Counted from the first letter of the stretch, positions 1 to 8,603 are shown. The stretch is 55,350 nt of DNA from an uncultured Anaerolineales bacterium (GCA_964388385.1 CAYMAQ010000003.1:1-55350); one strand, 5' to 3'. Program-made: numbers and translations. Notes: generated by a model from the letters alone, not told the origin.

Positions 1-28
1 TTCGTTTTCAGGAACGATATCCGGGTCC

Positions 29-922
29 TCAAGCAAACCCCAAGCGCACTTTGATCCCTTGCCAGGTTTGGATCAACGCTCGGGTCACCAGGCCGTCCTT
101 GTAAGCTGTGACCGGATATCCCTGCACCATCGCCTCCGTGACCACCGTATCAAACGGCAACCGGGCCGCAATCGTGATATCCTCTTCCTCACAGAACCGC
201 TCAATCTCCTCCGTCCGCGCCTTGCTCAGATCAGCTTTATTGATCACAACCATCGCCGGAACGTCAAAGTGCCGGGCCAACTGCAGGATCCGGGTTAAAT
301 CATGAACCCCGGAATAGGTCGGCTCGACAACCAACAGCGCCAAGCTCGCTCCAGAGGAAGCAGAGATAACCGGGCATCCGATCCCGGGCGGCCCGTCCAC
401 GAGAACCAACGGGCGGTTGTCATCCAAGGCCCGTAAACGCGCCTGTTGCTTAACCAACGTCACCAACTTACCCGAATTTTCTCCACCCGCAAAAAGATGC
501 GCGTGGTAAAGTGGGCCAAAGGGGGTATCGGATAGAAACCATTGACCGGTGACGGGCTCCTCCATCGTGATCGCCCCAACCGGACACCGATAACTGCACG
601 CGGCGCAGCCTTCACAAGCGATGGCATCAACGTGATAGGAAGCACCGGGAATGATCGCGTCAAACCGGCAAGCAGTCTCACACTCACCACATCCGATGCA
701 GAGCGCTGAGTCGATGGCTGCGAGCAACCCACTCGCAAAGTCATGACGTTCACACTCTCTGGATTGCAGCACCAATTCTAAATTGGATGCATCCACATCG
801 GCGTCTGCCAGCACCGTTGACATCTCACGACTAGCCAAATGCGCCAGCGCCGCCGTAACGCTCGTTTTACCGGTGCCGCCTTTCCCACTGAGTACAACGA
901 GTTGAGCAGGATTGTCAGCCAT
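29..922 (-). CDS. MinD/ParA-superfamily P-loop ATPase with inserted 2x[4Fe-4S] ferredoxin module
   Basis: 297-aa ORF. Walker A GKGGTGKTS near the N-terminus. Ferredoxin cysteine motifs CIGCGECETAC and CEGCAACSYRCP. The start overlaps the stop of the upstream paralog by 8 nt. Confidence 0.85.
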   Translation of the reverse strand: MADNPAQLVVLSGKGGTGKTSVTAALAHLASREMSTVLADADVDASNLELVLQSRECERHDFASGLLAAIDSALCIGCGECETACRFDAIIPGASYHVDAIACEGCAACSYRCPVGAITMEEPVTGQWFLSDTPFGPLYHAHLFAGGENSGKLVTLVKQQARLRALDDNRPLVLVDGPPGIGCPVISASSGASLALLVVEPTYSGVHDLTRILQLARHFDVPAMVVINKADLSKARTEEIERFCEEEDITIAARLPFDTVVTEAMVQGYPVTAYKDGLVTRALIQTWQGIKVRLGFA

Positions 923-1811
923 CAGCCATCCCCTCCGCCACCATCCGATTAATCCGACGATAAAGCTCGATAAAGGAGTCTCGATAGTCGGGCAAAGCTT
1001 CCATCAGAGAAATGCCGTCCGCGTAGGCCTCGGCAATGCGCCGATCCATGGGAATTCGCATAAGGATAGGAATGTCCTCCTCTTCACAAAATCGATCAAC
1101 ACCCGCATCACCGATCCCATCACGGTTAACGACAACCCCTACCGGCAGATTGAGCTCCTCAGTCGCAAGCTCGACGGCAATGCGGAGGTCGTGGAGACCA
1201 AAAGGTGTGGGTTCCGTGACCAACAACGCAAAATCGGCTCCCCGCAAAGTCTCCACCACCGGGCATGCGTTACCCGGTGGCGCATCCAGGATCACCACCC
1301 CCTGATCCTCGTCGTTGAGAACCCGCTGTTTCAACTGGCGGATAATTGGCGTTGCCATCGCCTCTCCCACATTGAGTTCGCCCTGCCCGAACAGGATAGG
1401 CGTTCCAGGGATAGTCCCCCAACTTATAATGCCCGTCGGATTGAGAACCTCGCGAATCGCCCCCTCCGGGCAGTTCGTCGTACAACTACCGCATCCGTGG
1501 CACAACTGTGGAAAGACCAACACCTGCTTACCCAACACGGCGATCGCATGATACGCGCAGACCTCACCACACGTGCCGCAGTAAGTACAACGCTCGAGAT
1601 CGACCTCAGGCGTCAAGAGCCCCACCTCCTCTTCGTGCTCGAGGGCGGGCTTGAGAAAAATGGCAGCGTTCGGCTCCTCGACATCGCAATCTAAAAACTG
1701 CACGGGAACAGGTTGCCCAAGACGGGAGGACGTAGCGATCGATAGGGCGAGATTCACCGCTACCGTCGTCTTTCCCGTACCCCCTTTACCGCTTGCAATA
1801 GCAATATGCAT
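915..1811 (-). CDS. MinD/ParA-superfamily P-loop ATPase with inserted 2x[4Fe-4S] ferredoxin module (paralog)
   Basis: 298-aa ORF. Walker A SGKGGTGKTT. Cysteine motifs CTYCGTCGEVC and CHGCGSCTTNCP. Same architecture as 29..922. Confidence 0.85.
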   Translation of the reverse strand: MHIAIASGKGGTGKTTVAVNLALSIATSSRLGQPVPVQFLDCDVEEPNAAIFLKPALEHEEEVGLLTPEVDLERCTYCGTCGEVCAYHAIAVLGKQVLVFPQLCHGCGSCTTNCPEGAIREVLNPTGIISWGTIPGTPILFGQGELNVGEAMATPIIRQLKQRVLNDEDQGVVILDAPPGNACPVVETLRGADFALLVTEPTPFGLHDLRIAVELATEELNLPVGVVVNRDGIGDAGVDRFCEEEDIPILMRIPMDRRIAEAYADGISLMEALPDYRDSFIELYRRINRMVAEGMADG

Positions 1812-1821
1812 GATATAGCCC

Positions 1822-2664
1822 CTACTCTATTTTGATTGTCACGGAGTGCCCGGCCCCACCCTCTCGAACGATGGAGGAATCGAACGTTTCTGCCACATCC
1901 TCCATAAAGGATTCACCGGAACAATGACCTAACCACACAACCTGGAGAGCATGCATATCTCTGAGACAATGGAGGGTTTGTTTGCGGGTCGCCGAATCAG
2001 CGTTGACCATATGGACCCCTCCTGCGATGCCAACAATGGACGGAAAAAGCCGGGTCCGCACTTTCTGGAGTGTATTGAGCAGACCGGCGTGGCAGCACCC
2101 ACAAACGACAAACCCACGCTCCTCCCCGAGGTCCAGGGCTAAAGACAGGTCGTCTTCATAGGGGTCCGCGATCGGCTTGCCGTTCCGAAGCACGTGATGA
2201 CGAAAGCTTCGCCCCTCCGGCTTCGGCCTAAGCTCAATTTCTCCCGTGGTCCAGATACGGTCGACGACTTCCACGGATCCATCGTCGAGACGTAAATCGA
2301 CCGCATCCGCTAGGGCAGCGCGCTCAATGGCAGGCCCCCGACGGACCAACCCCTTCGCGTCCTCACTGTATCGCACGCTAAAGATGCTTGGATGAGCGTA
2401 GACCGGTGTCGACGCCGGCAGAAGCGGGAGGAGCGCCCCTAGCCCTCCGGTGTGATCATCGTGCCCGTGACTTAAAACGACGGCGTCTAGATCGGAAGGG
2501 TCGAGTTCCAGCGCCTGCAAATTGTGGAGCAAAACCTCCCCACTCCCGCCCGTATCGAACAACACATGCCCGCCTTCCGTCTCGATCCACATCGCAAAGC
2601 CGTGTTCCGAGCGCAGCGGAGGTTGAGCCGTGTCGTCAACCACCCAGGTCAATGTAATCATCAT
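1822..2664 (-). CDS. MBL-fold metallo-hydrolase
   Basis: HxHxDH motif SHGHDDHTGG. The ORF-track start at 2676 is TTG; I chose the ATG at 2664, which is preceded by GAGGG, so the start is uncertain by 4 codons. Confidence 0.8.
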   Translation of the reverse strand: MMITLTWVVDDTAQPPLRSEHGFAMWIETEGGHVLFDTGGSGEVLLHNLQALELDPSDLDAVVLSHGHDDHTGGLGALLPLLPASTPVYAHPSIFSVRYSEDAKGLVRRGPAIERAALADAVDLRLDDGSVEVVDRIWTTGEIELRPKPEGRSFRHHVLRNGKPIADPYEDDLSLALDLGEERGFVVCGCCHAGLLNTLQKVRTRLFPSIVGIAGGVHMVNADSATRKQTLHCLRDMHALQVVWLGHCSGESFMEDVAETFDSSIVREGGAGHSVTIKIE

Positions 2665-2672
2665 CCGCCCTC

Positions 2673-3176
2673 TCAACTTTCAGAGTGTTCCACGTCATCC
2701 AACCGGGAACCGGCAGATGCAACTTGCTCGCGCAGGGATGCTACCTCCTCACGCAACCGACGAATCTCACCCCGCGTCTCTCCCTCTTCCACGTGAGCGT
2801 GCGTATGGGTACCTTCTCCCCCGCTGTCCTCCCGACATGGCGTCGCTTGGGTCAATTGACCGCCCACAACCATCTCAACTGCCCGACGTATGGTCCCTAC
2901 CGCGCCCGAGTAGGCGTCAATCTTCATCTGATCAAAGAGATCGATCGCCCGACGCCCCATACCCCCAGCCACCATCACCTGGGCACCTTGTTGCTGAATA
3001 AAATAGGGTACCCTACCCGGCTGGTGCTTGTTGAAATAGGGATTTGCCAGCACGTTGACGTCGACGACGGCGTGACCCTTGACATCGACCAGAGCATAAA
3101 AAGGACATCGCCCGAAGTGATGAGCGACGAGACCATCCAGCCCGTGCTCATCCTGAGCAGCAATCACAATCCGCAT
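2673..3176 (-). CDS. NifB/NifX-type (FeMo-cofactor-biosynthesis-like) domain protein with C-terminal coiled-coil tail
   Basis: MRIVIAAQDEHGLDGLVAHHFGRCPFYALVDV... matches the small NifX/NafY-like domain pattern. C-terminal heptad segment EIRRLREEVASLREQVAS. The first 51 codons of the ORF-track call (GTG at 3329) lie inside repeat copy A and were trimmed to the ATG at 3176. Confidence 0.75.
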   Translation of the reverse strand: MRIVIAAQDEHGLDGLVAHHFGRCPFYALVDVKGHAVVDVNVLANPYFNKHQPGRVPYFIQQQGAQVMVAGGMGRRAIDLFDQMKIDAYSGAVGTIRRAVEMVVGGQLTQATPCREDSGGEGTHTHAHVEEGETRGEIRRLREEVASLREQVASAGSRLDDVEHSES

Positions 3177-3309
3177 AATAAACGCCTCCTGTTTTCCATA
3201 GTATATCGGCTTCGTGATGCAAACAATTGATGAGAAACCGATGATAAAGTCACCTACGAACTGACCCGACAACGCGCCGGGGCCCTCCTTCCGGAGAGCC
3301 CCGGAGTTA

Positions 3310-3403
3310 CAGATCCGGACATAAAACACTAAACTTTTCTGTGATACCCATGCAAACGCAGAAAAGCTTTAGTCATTGATGATCAGATCCATAATCCACA
3401 TAC
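3310..3403. repeat. Intergenic repeat family, copy A (hairpin 3334-3341 / 3359-3366)
   Basis: Aligns directly with 13448-13541, 23573-23650 and 41082-41165. Begins CAGATCCGGACATAAAACAC, has a central stem CTTTTCTG/CAGAAAAG, and ends in the tail TGATGATCAGATCCATAA. Confidence 0.8.
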
Positions 3404-3410
3404 AAAGAGT

Positions 3411-3608
3411 CTACTTCTTGATCAAAGTCGTACCGCACTTCGGACACGTCAAGCGATAGCACGGCTCGCCGACCTGATGGGGTTTACTATAATCGCAATT
3501 CGGGCAGACGCACATACCGCCGGGACCCGAACCCGGTTGGTTACCGCCACCGCGACCACGCCCACCGCCACCTTGTCCCCCGCTGCCACCTCGTCCAAAT
3601 CTTCCCAT
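3411..3608 (-). CDS. Small Gly/Arg-rich zinc-ribbon protein
   Basis: 65 aa counted from the ATG preceded by GGAGG. G/R-rich N-terminus (GRGGSGGQGGGGRGRGGG) followed by CxCPxC...CPxC (CVCPNCDY...CPKCG). Confidence 0.6.
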   Translation of the reverse strand: MGRFGRGGSGGQGGGGRGRGGGNQPGSGPGGMCVCPNCDYSKPHQVGEPCYRLTCPKCGTTLIKK

Positions 3609-3636
3609 CGTGAGACCTCCTCTGAACCTATCCGGC

Positions 3637-3969
3637 TTACGCGCCGCCCCGATGCCTGCGCCGTCGTCGACCATCTTGTCTGGACGATCCCCGACGGTCT
3701 ATGTCCCCGCGACCAGACACTGCCTCCGAGGATGTAGAACCCGAGGATGAAAGCACCCCTACAGGGGTACTGGACTCCTGCAAAAACCGGAGCGCTAAAC
3801 GGCCTAAACTCGTCAAAAGATCGAGGCCTTTGGCCACAATCTCCGTTGTCCGCACTTTATCGACCGGGCGGGTCGTGGATACCGACCGCGATCTAACATC
3901 GATGATCTCATCGGGTTCGAGCACCTCAACCGCGCCCTCTTGCACCCGTTCAATGTCACTTTGGGTCAT
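3637..3969 (-). CDS. Hypothetical protein
   Basis: ORF on the same strand as the cluster, with its ATG preceded by GGAGGG. No recognisable motif; Arg-rich C-terminus. A competing plus-strand ORF (3701..4009) looks less protein-like. Confidence 0.35.
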   Translation of the reverse strand: MTQSDIERVQEGAVEVLEPDEIIDVRSRSVSTTRPVDKVRTTEIVAKGLDLLTSLGRLALRFLQESSTPVGVLSSSGSTSSEAVSGRGDIDRRGSSRQDGRRRRRHRGGA

Positions 3970-4023
3970 CAGATCACCCTCCTCTCCTGACACCAACCTA
4001 CCCCTTTGACGTAGCGCCCAAAT

Positions 4024-4599
4024 CTAACCGGTGAGTCGATCAACTTTATCCAATAGAGAGGCCACGGCTTCACGCAGCTCACTGACTTCTGCCTTGAGCG
4101 CAGCTAACTCTTCCTCAGGGGTTTCTTCTTCACCCGGGGTCGTATCCGACCCCACGGTTGAAGGGGCCGCACTTCCCATTGCAGACGGGGCCACCGCTTG
4201 CCGATCCAAACCAACTGTCGACCTACCTGAGCCGCGGCCCATTCCCATATGAGCGGGGCCGGTGGCATCCCCCATCTCGGCAAGGGTTCCGGCCTCTAAG
4301 GCATCTACGGCTTCCTGAACCGACATACCAGAAGCCCGGTAAAGCTGCACGCCGGCAGCGTCGAGCACCTGATAAGCATTAGGGCCGAGGTGACCGGAGA
4401 TAATGGCATCGGCTCCCTGCTCAACCACATATTGAGCCGCTTGAATCCCGGCCCCACTGCCGCTCATTGTGGCCTGGTTCTCCTGAGCCTCAACGGCCCC
4501 GGATTCCGTGTCTACAAAGACATAATAATTGCATCGTCCAAACCGAGAATCAACTTGAGAATCCGCCGTTGGCTCGATTGCACTGACCGCGATTTTCAT
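4024..4599 (-). CDS. NifB/NifX-type domain protein with Gly-rich linker and C-terminal coiled coil
   Basis: MKIAVSA...SRFGRCNYYVFVDTESG... NifX-like domain, then GMGRGSGR and EELAALKAEVSELREAVASLLDKV. GGAGG ribosome-binding site. Confidence 0.75.
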   Translation of the reverse strand: MKIAVSAIEPTADSQVDSRFGRCNYYVFVDTESGAVEAQENQATMSGSGAGIQAAQYVVEQGADAIISGHLGPNAYQVLDAAGVQLYRASGMSVQEAVDALEAGTLAEMGDATGPAHMGMGRGSGRSTVGLDRQAVAPSAMGSAAPSTVGSDTTPGEEETPEEELAALKAEVSELREAVASLLDKVDRLTG

Positions 4600-4679
4600 C
4601 GACTATAACCTCCTGTATATGAACGTAGTAGAAACGAAAGCTGACGCTTTAGATTGCGCGCGACAAGGGAAAGAATCGC

Positions 4680-5057
4680 CTACAGATCCCGATGAGCATC
4701 CAAGAATGCGCCCAACATACTCCGCAGTTCCTCAATCTCTACGGACCAATCGGCCAGGGCTTCCCGCCCCTCGTCCGTGATTTCGAAAACCTTACGCGGC
4801 GGCCCCTGAGCGCTATCCATATCCCAATCGGGCTCAATCCATCCCTGATCTTCCATATTCTGAAGTGCACGATACACTGTCTGTGGAGGTAATCCGGCGA
4901 TCCCAAACTCGGTCGATAGGCGCTCCGCCAGTTTGTATCCATGGGAAGGTTCCTGAGCCAACAATAACAACAACATGGGCTCGACAATCCGCATCCGGCG
5001 GCCCCAACGACGCTTGGGCCCCTGTCCGTGTCTCCAACCACCTCGACCTCTAGGCAT
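4680..5057 (-). CDS. PadR-family transcriptional regulator
   Basis: LLLLLAQEPSHGYKLAERL...TVYRALQNMEDQGWIE winged-helix signature of PadR. GGAGG ribosome-binding site. Confidence 0.85.
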   Translation of the reverse strand: MPRGRGGWRHGQGPKRRWGRRMRIVEPMLLLLLAQEPSHGYKLAERLSTEFGIAGLPPQTVYRALQNMEDQGWIEPDWDMDSAQGPPRKVFEITDEGREALADWSVEIEELRSMLGAFLDAHRDL

Positions 5058-5077
5058 TTTGATAACCTCCTGCTATG

Positions 5078-5106
5078 ATTGTATCGTATTATTCACATTA
5101 CGTCAA
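5078..5106 (-). promoter_or_regulatory. Sigma70-like promoter for the PadR-headed cluster
   Basis: On the minus strand: TTGACG, 17-nt spacer, TACAAT. It lies about 20 nt upstream of the padR ribosome-binding site. Confidence 0.5.
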
Positions 5107-5136
5107 TAGTGCTGCAAACCCAACCTCGAAATCCGT

Positions 5137-6999
5137 ATGAACCCCACACATGGATCCTATCACAAATCGCATCTATGCTTGTCTGTGCTTGCTAGAATTC
5201 TCACAACCTCTATAATGCGCGCCATGATGACAAAACGACATCTTGGACTCTTCGCAATTGCACTCGGTATTGGCGGCGACATCGCCCTGCTCATCATTGG
5301 ACGGCTCGGCGGTGGCGCCTGGACCGGCGTCGGGCCACTTGAAAGCGCAATGTTGATCGGCGGCGTGGCGCTTGCCCTCCTCGGATTGCCGCTGATCCGG
5401 CAGGCAAGCAGACCGGCAGCCGGGCCAGAGCCCCATCGATCCTCAGATCCTCAACCCGATTGGGCGTGGCCCGACCGTATCCTGGCCGGAATAGCCTTGC
5501 TTGCCTTCATCTTCTACCTCGCCGTTTTCGTTACCTACACCATCGACCTCTTTCGGTGGCCTTACGACTATGATCAGGGTGAGAGCTTAGAGCTGTACGA
5601 CGCCGTGCTTCACAGCCGGGGGGAATGGCCCTATCGCGACAGCAGCACCTATCCTTTCTATGCTTCTAACTACCCACCGGTCTTTCACCTCCTGAACGTC
5701 CTGGTCTTTCCGTTCCTGGGTAAGCAGCTGCTTTCGGGACGGGTGCTGTCATTCACTATCACGCTGCTAACCGCGACCGTGATTGGCCTCACCGTTCGCC
5801 GTCGCACCGGTGGGTTCTTCTTTCCTCTGATCTCGGGACTGGCCTATCCCGCCTCCAATTTCGTCTACCATCTGGGTCCCCTTTGTCGCCAGCATCTTAC
5901 GATGGTCTTTCTGGAAACGCTCTGCATCTATTTTATTGCGGTCTCGGATGACGAAAAACACGGCACCCGAAATACAATCATCGGATTGACGTGTCTTTTG
6001 CTGGCCGGGTATTCAAAGCAATTGGCCGTCTTCACGTCAGGTGCCGTGTTCGGATACCTGATCCTCCGTGATCCACGAAAGGGCTTCCGTTGGCTTTTCG
6101 CCTTTGGTATCGTTTTTGGCGCGGTCTTCCTGGCGATCAATTGGGCAACCGACGGATACTGGTGGATCAACACGATCGCAGCCAACGTTAATGCATACTT
6201 GGTTCCCCAGCTCATCGGCCTGACGAGAACCTGGTCGCGAATCCATGCCCTCTTTATCCTTATGGCGGTAGCTCTGACCTTTTATGAGGTTTACATCGAG
6301 CGAATCTCAATCTATTCGCTGTGGTTCGTCACCTCTATAGGCACGGGACTGATGTCTGGAAAGTGGGGAGCCGGTGAGGCCTACTGGGTGACCTCGGTAG
6401 CTGCGGCAATCATCCTATGTGGTTTTGCGCTTTCTCGATCTCGTCAATGGTTGATCAAGAATAACAAGGCTTGGTCACGCTGGGCAGCAGCTGTGTTGCC
6501 GCTGCTCTATCTGGTCCAGGCAACTCTTATGATCCATATGCCGACCGAAGGTCCTGTCTGGGGCACCGTTGCCGGAGTGCTGGGCATCAAAGGGCAGTCA
6601 TCCTATGCGGACTATGCCTACTACGATTCGGTGGGTTATACACAGGTCGGACATCGAATGAAGCCCCGGGACTACCGTGGTGGAGAGAAAATTATGGCCT
6701 ACGTCCGCGAGACAGAAGGTCCGATTCTGAGCGAAGAAGCAGCCTTTACAATGCTGGCGGGCAAACAGGTCGTGACCAATCCTACACAGTTATTGAATCT
6801 CTACAACAACGATTTATTGAACACAGAGAACCTGGAGGCGATGATCCGAGATCAGGCGTTCGAGTTAGTCGTGATGCGCGCCCAATTCTATCCTCCGCCG
6901 GTCCTCGCCGCGATCGGTCAGCATTACGGCCTTGTCGAACACGTACCGATGAATGGATTCACCTACATCATTATGAAACCCCTGAGCGAATCCCCGTAG
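5137..6999 (+). CDS. Polytopic membrane protein, GT-C-fold (ArnT/PMT-like) glycosyltransferase candidate
   Basis: 620-aa ORF with many hydrophobic helices, an early acidic loop (YDYDQGESLELYD) and a soluble C-terminal domain. No clear ribosome-binding site, so the start is uncertain (alternative ATG at 5215). Confidence 0.55.
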   Translation: MNPTHGSYHKSHLCLSVLARILTTSIMRAMMTKRHLGLFAIALGIGGDIALLIIGRLGGGAWTGVGPLESAMLIGGVALALLGLPLIRQASRPAAGPEPHRSSDPQPDWAWPDRILAGIALLAFIFYLAVFVTYTIDLFRWPYDYDQGESLELYDAVLHSRGEWPYRDSSTYPFYASNYPPVFHLLNVLVFPFLGKQLLSGRVLSFTITLLTATVIGLTVRRRTGGFFFPLISGLAYPASNFVYHLGPLCRQHLTMVFLETLCIYFIAVSDDEKHGTRNTIIGLTCLLLAGYSKQLAVFTSGAVFGYLILRDPRKGFRWLFAFGIVFGAVFLAINWATDGYWWINTIAANVNAYLVPQLIGLTRTWSRIHALFILMAVALTFYEVYIERISIYSLWFVTSIGTGLMSGKWGAGEAYWVTSVAAAIILCGFALSRSRQWLIKNNKAWSRWAAAVLPLLYLVQATLMIHMPTEGPVWGTVAGVLGIKGQSSYADYAYYDSVGYTQVGHRMKPRDYRGGEKIMAYVRETEGPILSEEAAFTMLAGKQVVTNPTQLLNLYNNDLLNTENLEAMIRDQAFELVVMRAQFYPPPVLAAIGQHYGLVEHVPMNGFTYIIMKPLSESP

Positions 7000-7124
7000 T
7001 ATCCCCACGGCAAGCCGAGTTTACCCGTCTTGTCGTCTAATAATCTCCCTCAAGAATACAGGGCATCCCATCTATTCGTTCCCACTTTGCACACACCCGA
7101 CCCCAGGACCATCAAAAGTGGGTA

Positions 7125-7145
7125 TATACTCGTTTTTGTCAGGCC
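7125..7145 (+). repeat. 21-nt copy of the tRNA-Glu promoter -10/leader segment
   Basis: TATACTCGTTTTTGTCAGGCC matches 17245-17265 (TATACTCCTTTTTGTCAGGCC) at 20 of 21 positions. Both copies are preceded by GTGG. Confidence 0.7.
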
Positions 7146-8551
7146 TAAGGAGCCTCATCGGACTCGGCGGCATGCTCTGCTGCGTAATCTGCACCCAGAA
7201 TGACGACCACGTCGTACTGAGCTGTAGGATTCTCCCCATTCACCACGGCCGATGGCGGTAGATCAAGCAAACGGAGAATTTGCTCGGCAGTGACAGGTTT
7301 CGCCCGATTCATAATGATCAGAGACGTATCATAATCCTGTCGATCTGCGTTCGCATAAGCCTGAATGGACATCCCATGGGCTTCCATATACTCCTGGGTT
7401 GCATAAGCCAATCCGGGTGCCAAGGTACCATTGAGCACCGAGACCGTGGCGTTCTCCTCCTCAATCGTCTGAAGATCGCCGTTGGAGACGCGCAGGCCAA
7501 AGACATCATCCCGGACTTCCCGGATTTTGTCCCGCAAGGGAATCAGAATCTGCATGTCATCGGGCGTTGTCTTCGGGAGCGTACACGTCTCATCGATCAC
7601 ACGGAACTGAATGTCATCAGGATCAACCTGGGTCGCCAAATTGGCCAACGCGACAATCTCGTCGAGCTGCAGATCTGGATCGACCTTTACCGAGCCCTCA
7701 ACACTCGACCAGATCTCCGGAGCGCGCGATGCCATCTGCGTAAGCGCTCCGACATCGGTCACCTGCTCCAAGATAGCCTGGACAACCTGCTGCTGCCTGC
7801 GAGCTCGGTCGAAGTCCCCGCCTGATGTATGGCGAACGCGGGCATACTTGAGCGCCATCTCCCCATAGAAATGGTGCGAGCCTGCTTCGATACGCAGTCG
7901 CTCGCAGCCGTAATCGGGAGTAGGATAACAGGCGTCATCGATAGTCTCAGGCACCTCGATATCGATCCCGCCGATCAAATCCACCATATCGACAAAAGCC
8001 TGGAAATTGATCCGCCCGTAATAGTCGATCTTCACACCCAGATTGTACTCCACAGTCTCCACCGACAGCGCAGGCCCACCACCGGGATGATTGTACGCGT
8101 CGCCCAAAGCGTGAGCCGTGTTGATGCGATTCTCGGTGTAACCCGGAATCGGTACCCACAGATCGCGCGGGATCGAAAGCACCCCCGCCTCCTGGGTAAC
8201 CGGATCCAGCGTCGCCAGGATGATCGTGTCCGTGCGCCAGAAATCCTCGGTCTGTGCCCGCTCATCGATGCCAAGAATGAGAACGGTCACGCGGTCGGTG
8301 CCGGTCCATACCGGCAAGGTTTCACCTTCGACCCGCTCAACGTTCGAGCTCTCTTCAGTTTGCGTTTTCTGAATCGTAAAATCCGGCAAAATATCTGAAT
8401 TTGCGACTTCCGAACGGACACGGGAGAAAACAACATAACCGGCGGAACCCGTCACAATGAGATAAATCAAAACGATCCCAACCTGAATGAGTGTCCGGTA
8501 AGGGATAGTCCGGGTCCGGGTCCGAGTCAAACCATCGACCTGGGAAGTCAT
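7145..8551 (-). CDS. LCP (LytR-CpsA-Psr) family protein
   Basis: N-terminal TM helix. VLILGIDER...RTDTIILATLDP...GVLSIPRDLWVPIPGY...RINTAHALG. Confidence 0.85.
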   Translation of the reverse strand: MTSQVDGLTRTRTRTIPYRTLIQVGIVLIYLIVTGSAGYVVFSRVRSEVANSDILPDFTIQKTQTEESSNVERVEGETLPVWTGTDRVTVLILGIDERAQTEDFWRTDTIILATLDPVTQEAGVLSIPRDLWVPIPGYTENRINTAHALGDAYNHPGGGPALSVETVEYNLGVKIDYYGRINFQAFVDMVDLIGGIDIEVPETIDDACYPTPDYGCERLRIEAGSHHFYGEMALKYARVRHTSGGDFDRARRQQQVVQAILEQVTDVGALTQMASRAPEIWSSVEGSVKVDPDLQLDEIVALANLATQVDPDDIQFRVIDETCTLPKTTPDDMQILIPLRDKIREVRDDVFGLRVSNGDLQTIEEENATVSVLNGTLAPGLAYATQEYMEAHGMSIQAYANADRQDYDTSLIIMNRAKPVTAEQILRLLDLPPSAVVNGENPTAQYDVVVILGADYAAEHAAESDEAP

Positions 8552-8603
8552 ATCAGAAACAACTCCTCAACCTCTTTTCTCAAGCGCCAGCCTGATCCCA
8601 ACT

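Noticed and set aside
912-1694. Long ORFs antisense to confidently assigned genes, for example 912..1694(+), 9042..9995(+), 49833..50681(+), 40344..40856(-), 37354..37818(-) and 18456..18977(-).
   Set aside because: They lie fully inside, and opposite to, genes with clear family motifs. Their translations are Arg/Pro/Ser-rich and low in complexity, as expected for stop-poor antisense frames in GC-rich DNA. None has a ribosome-binding site.
3701-4009. Plus-strand 102-aa ORF competing with 3637..3969(-).
   Set aside because: It runs opposite to the operon, is Ser/Thr/Arg-rich and has no ribosome-binding site. The minus-strand alternative has a GGAGGG ribosome-binding site, though it is itself only weakly supported.
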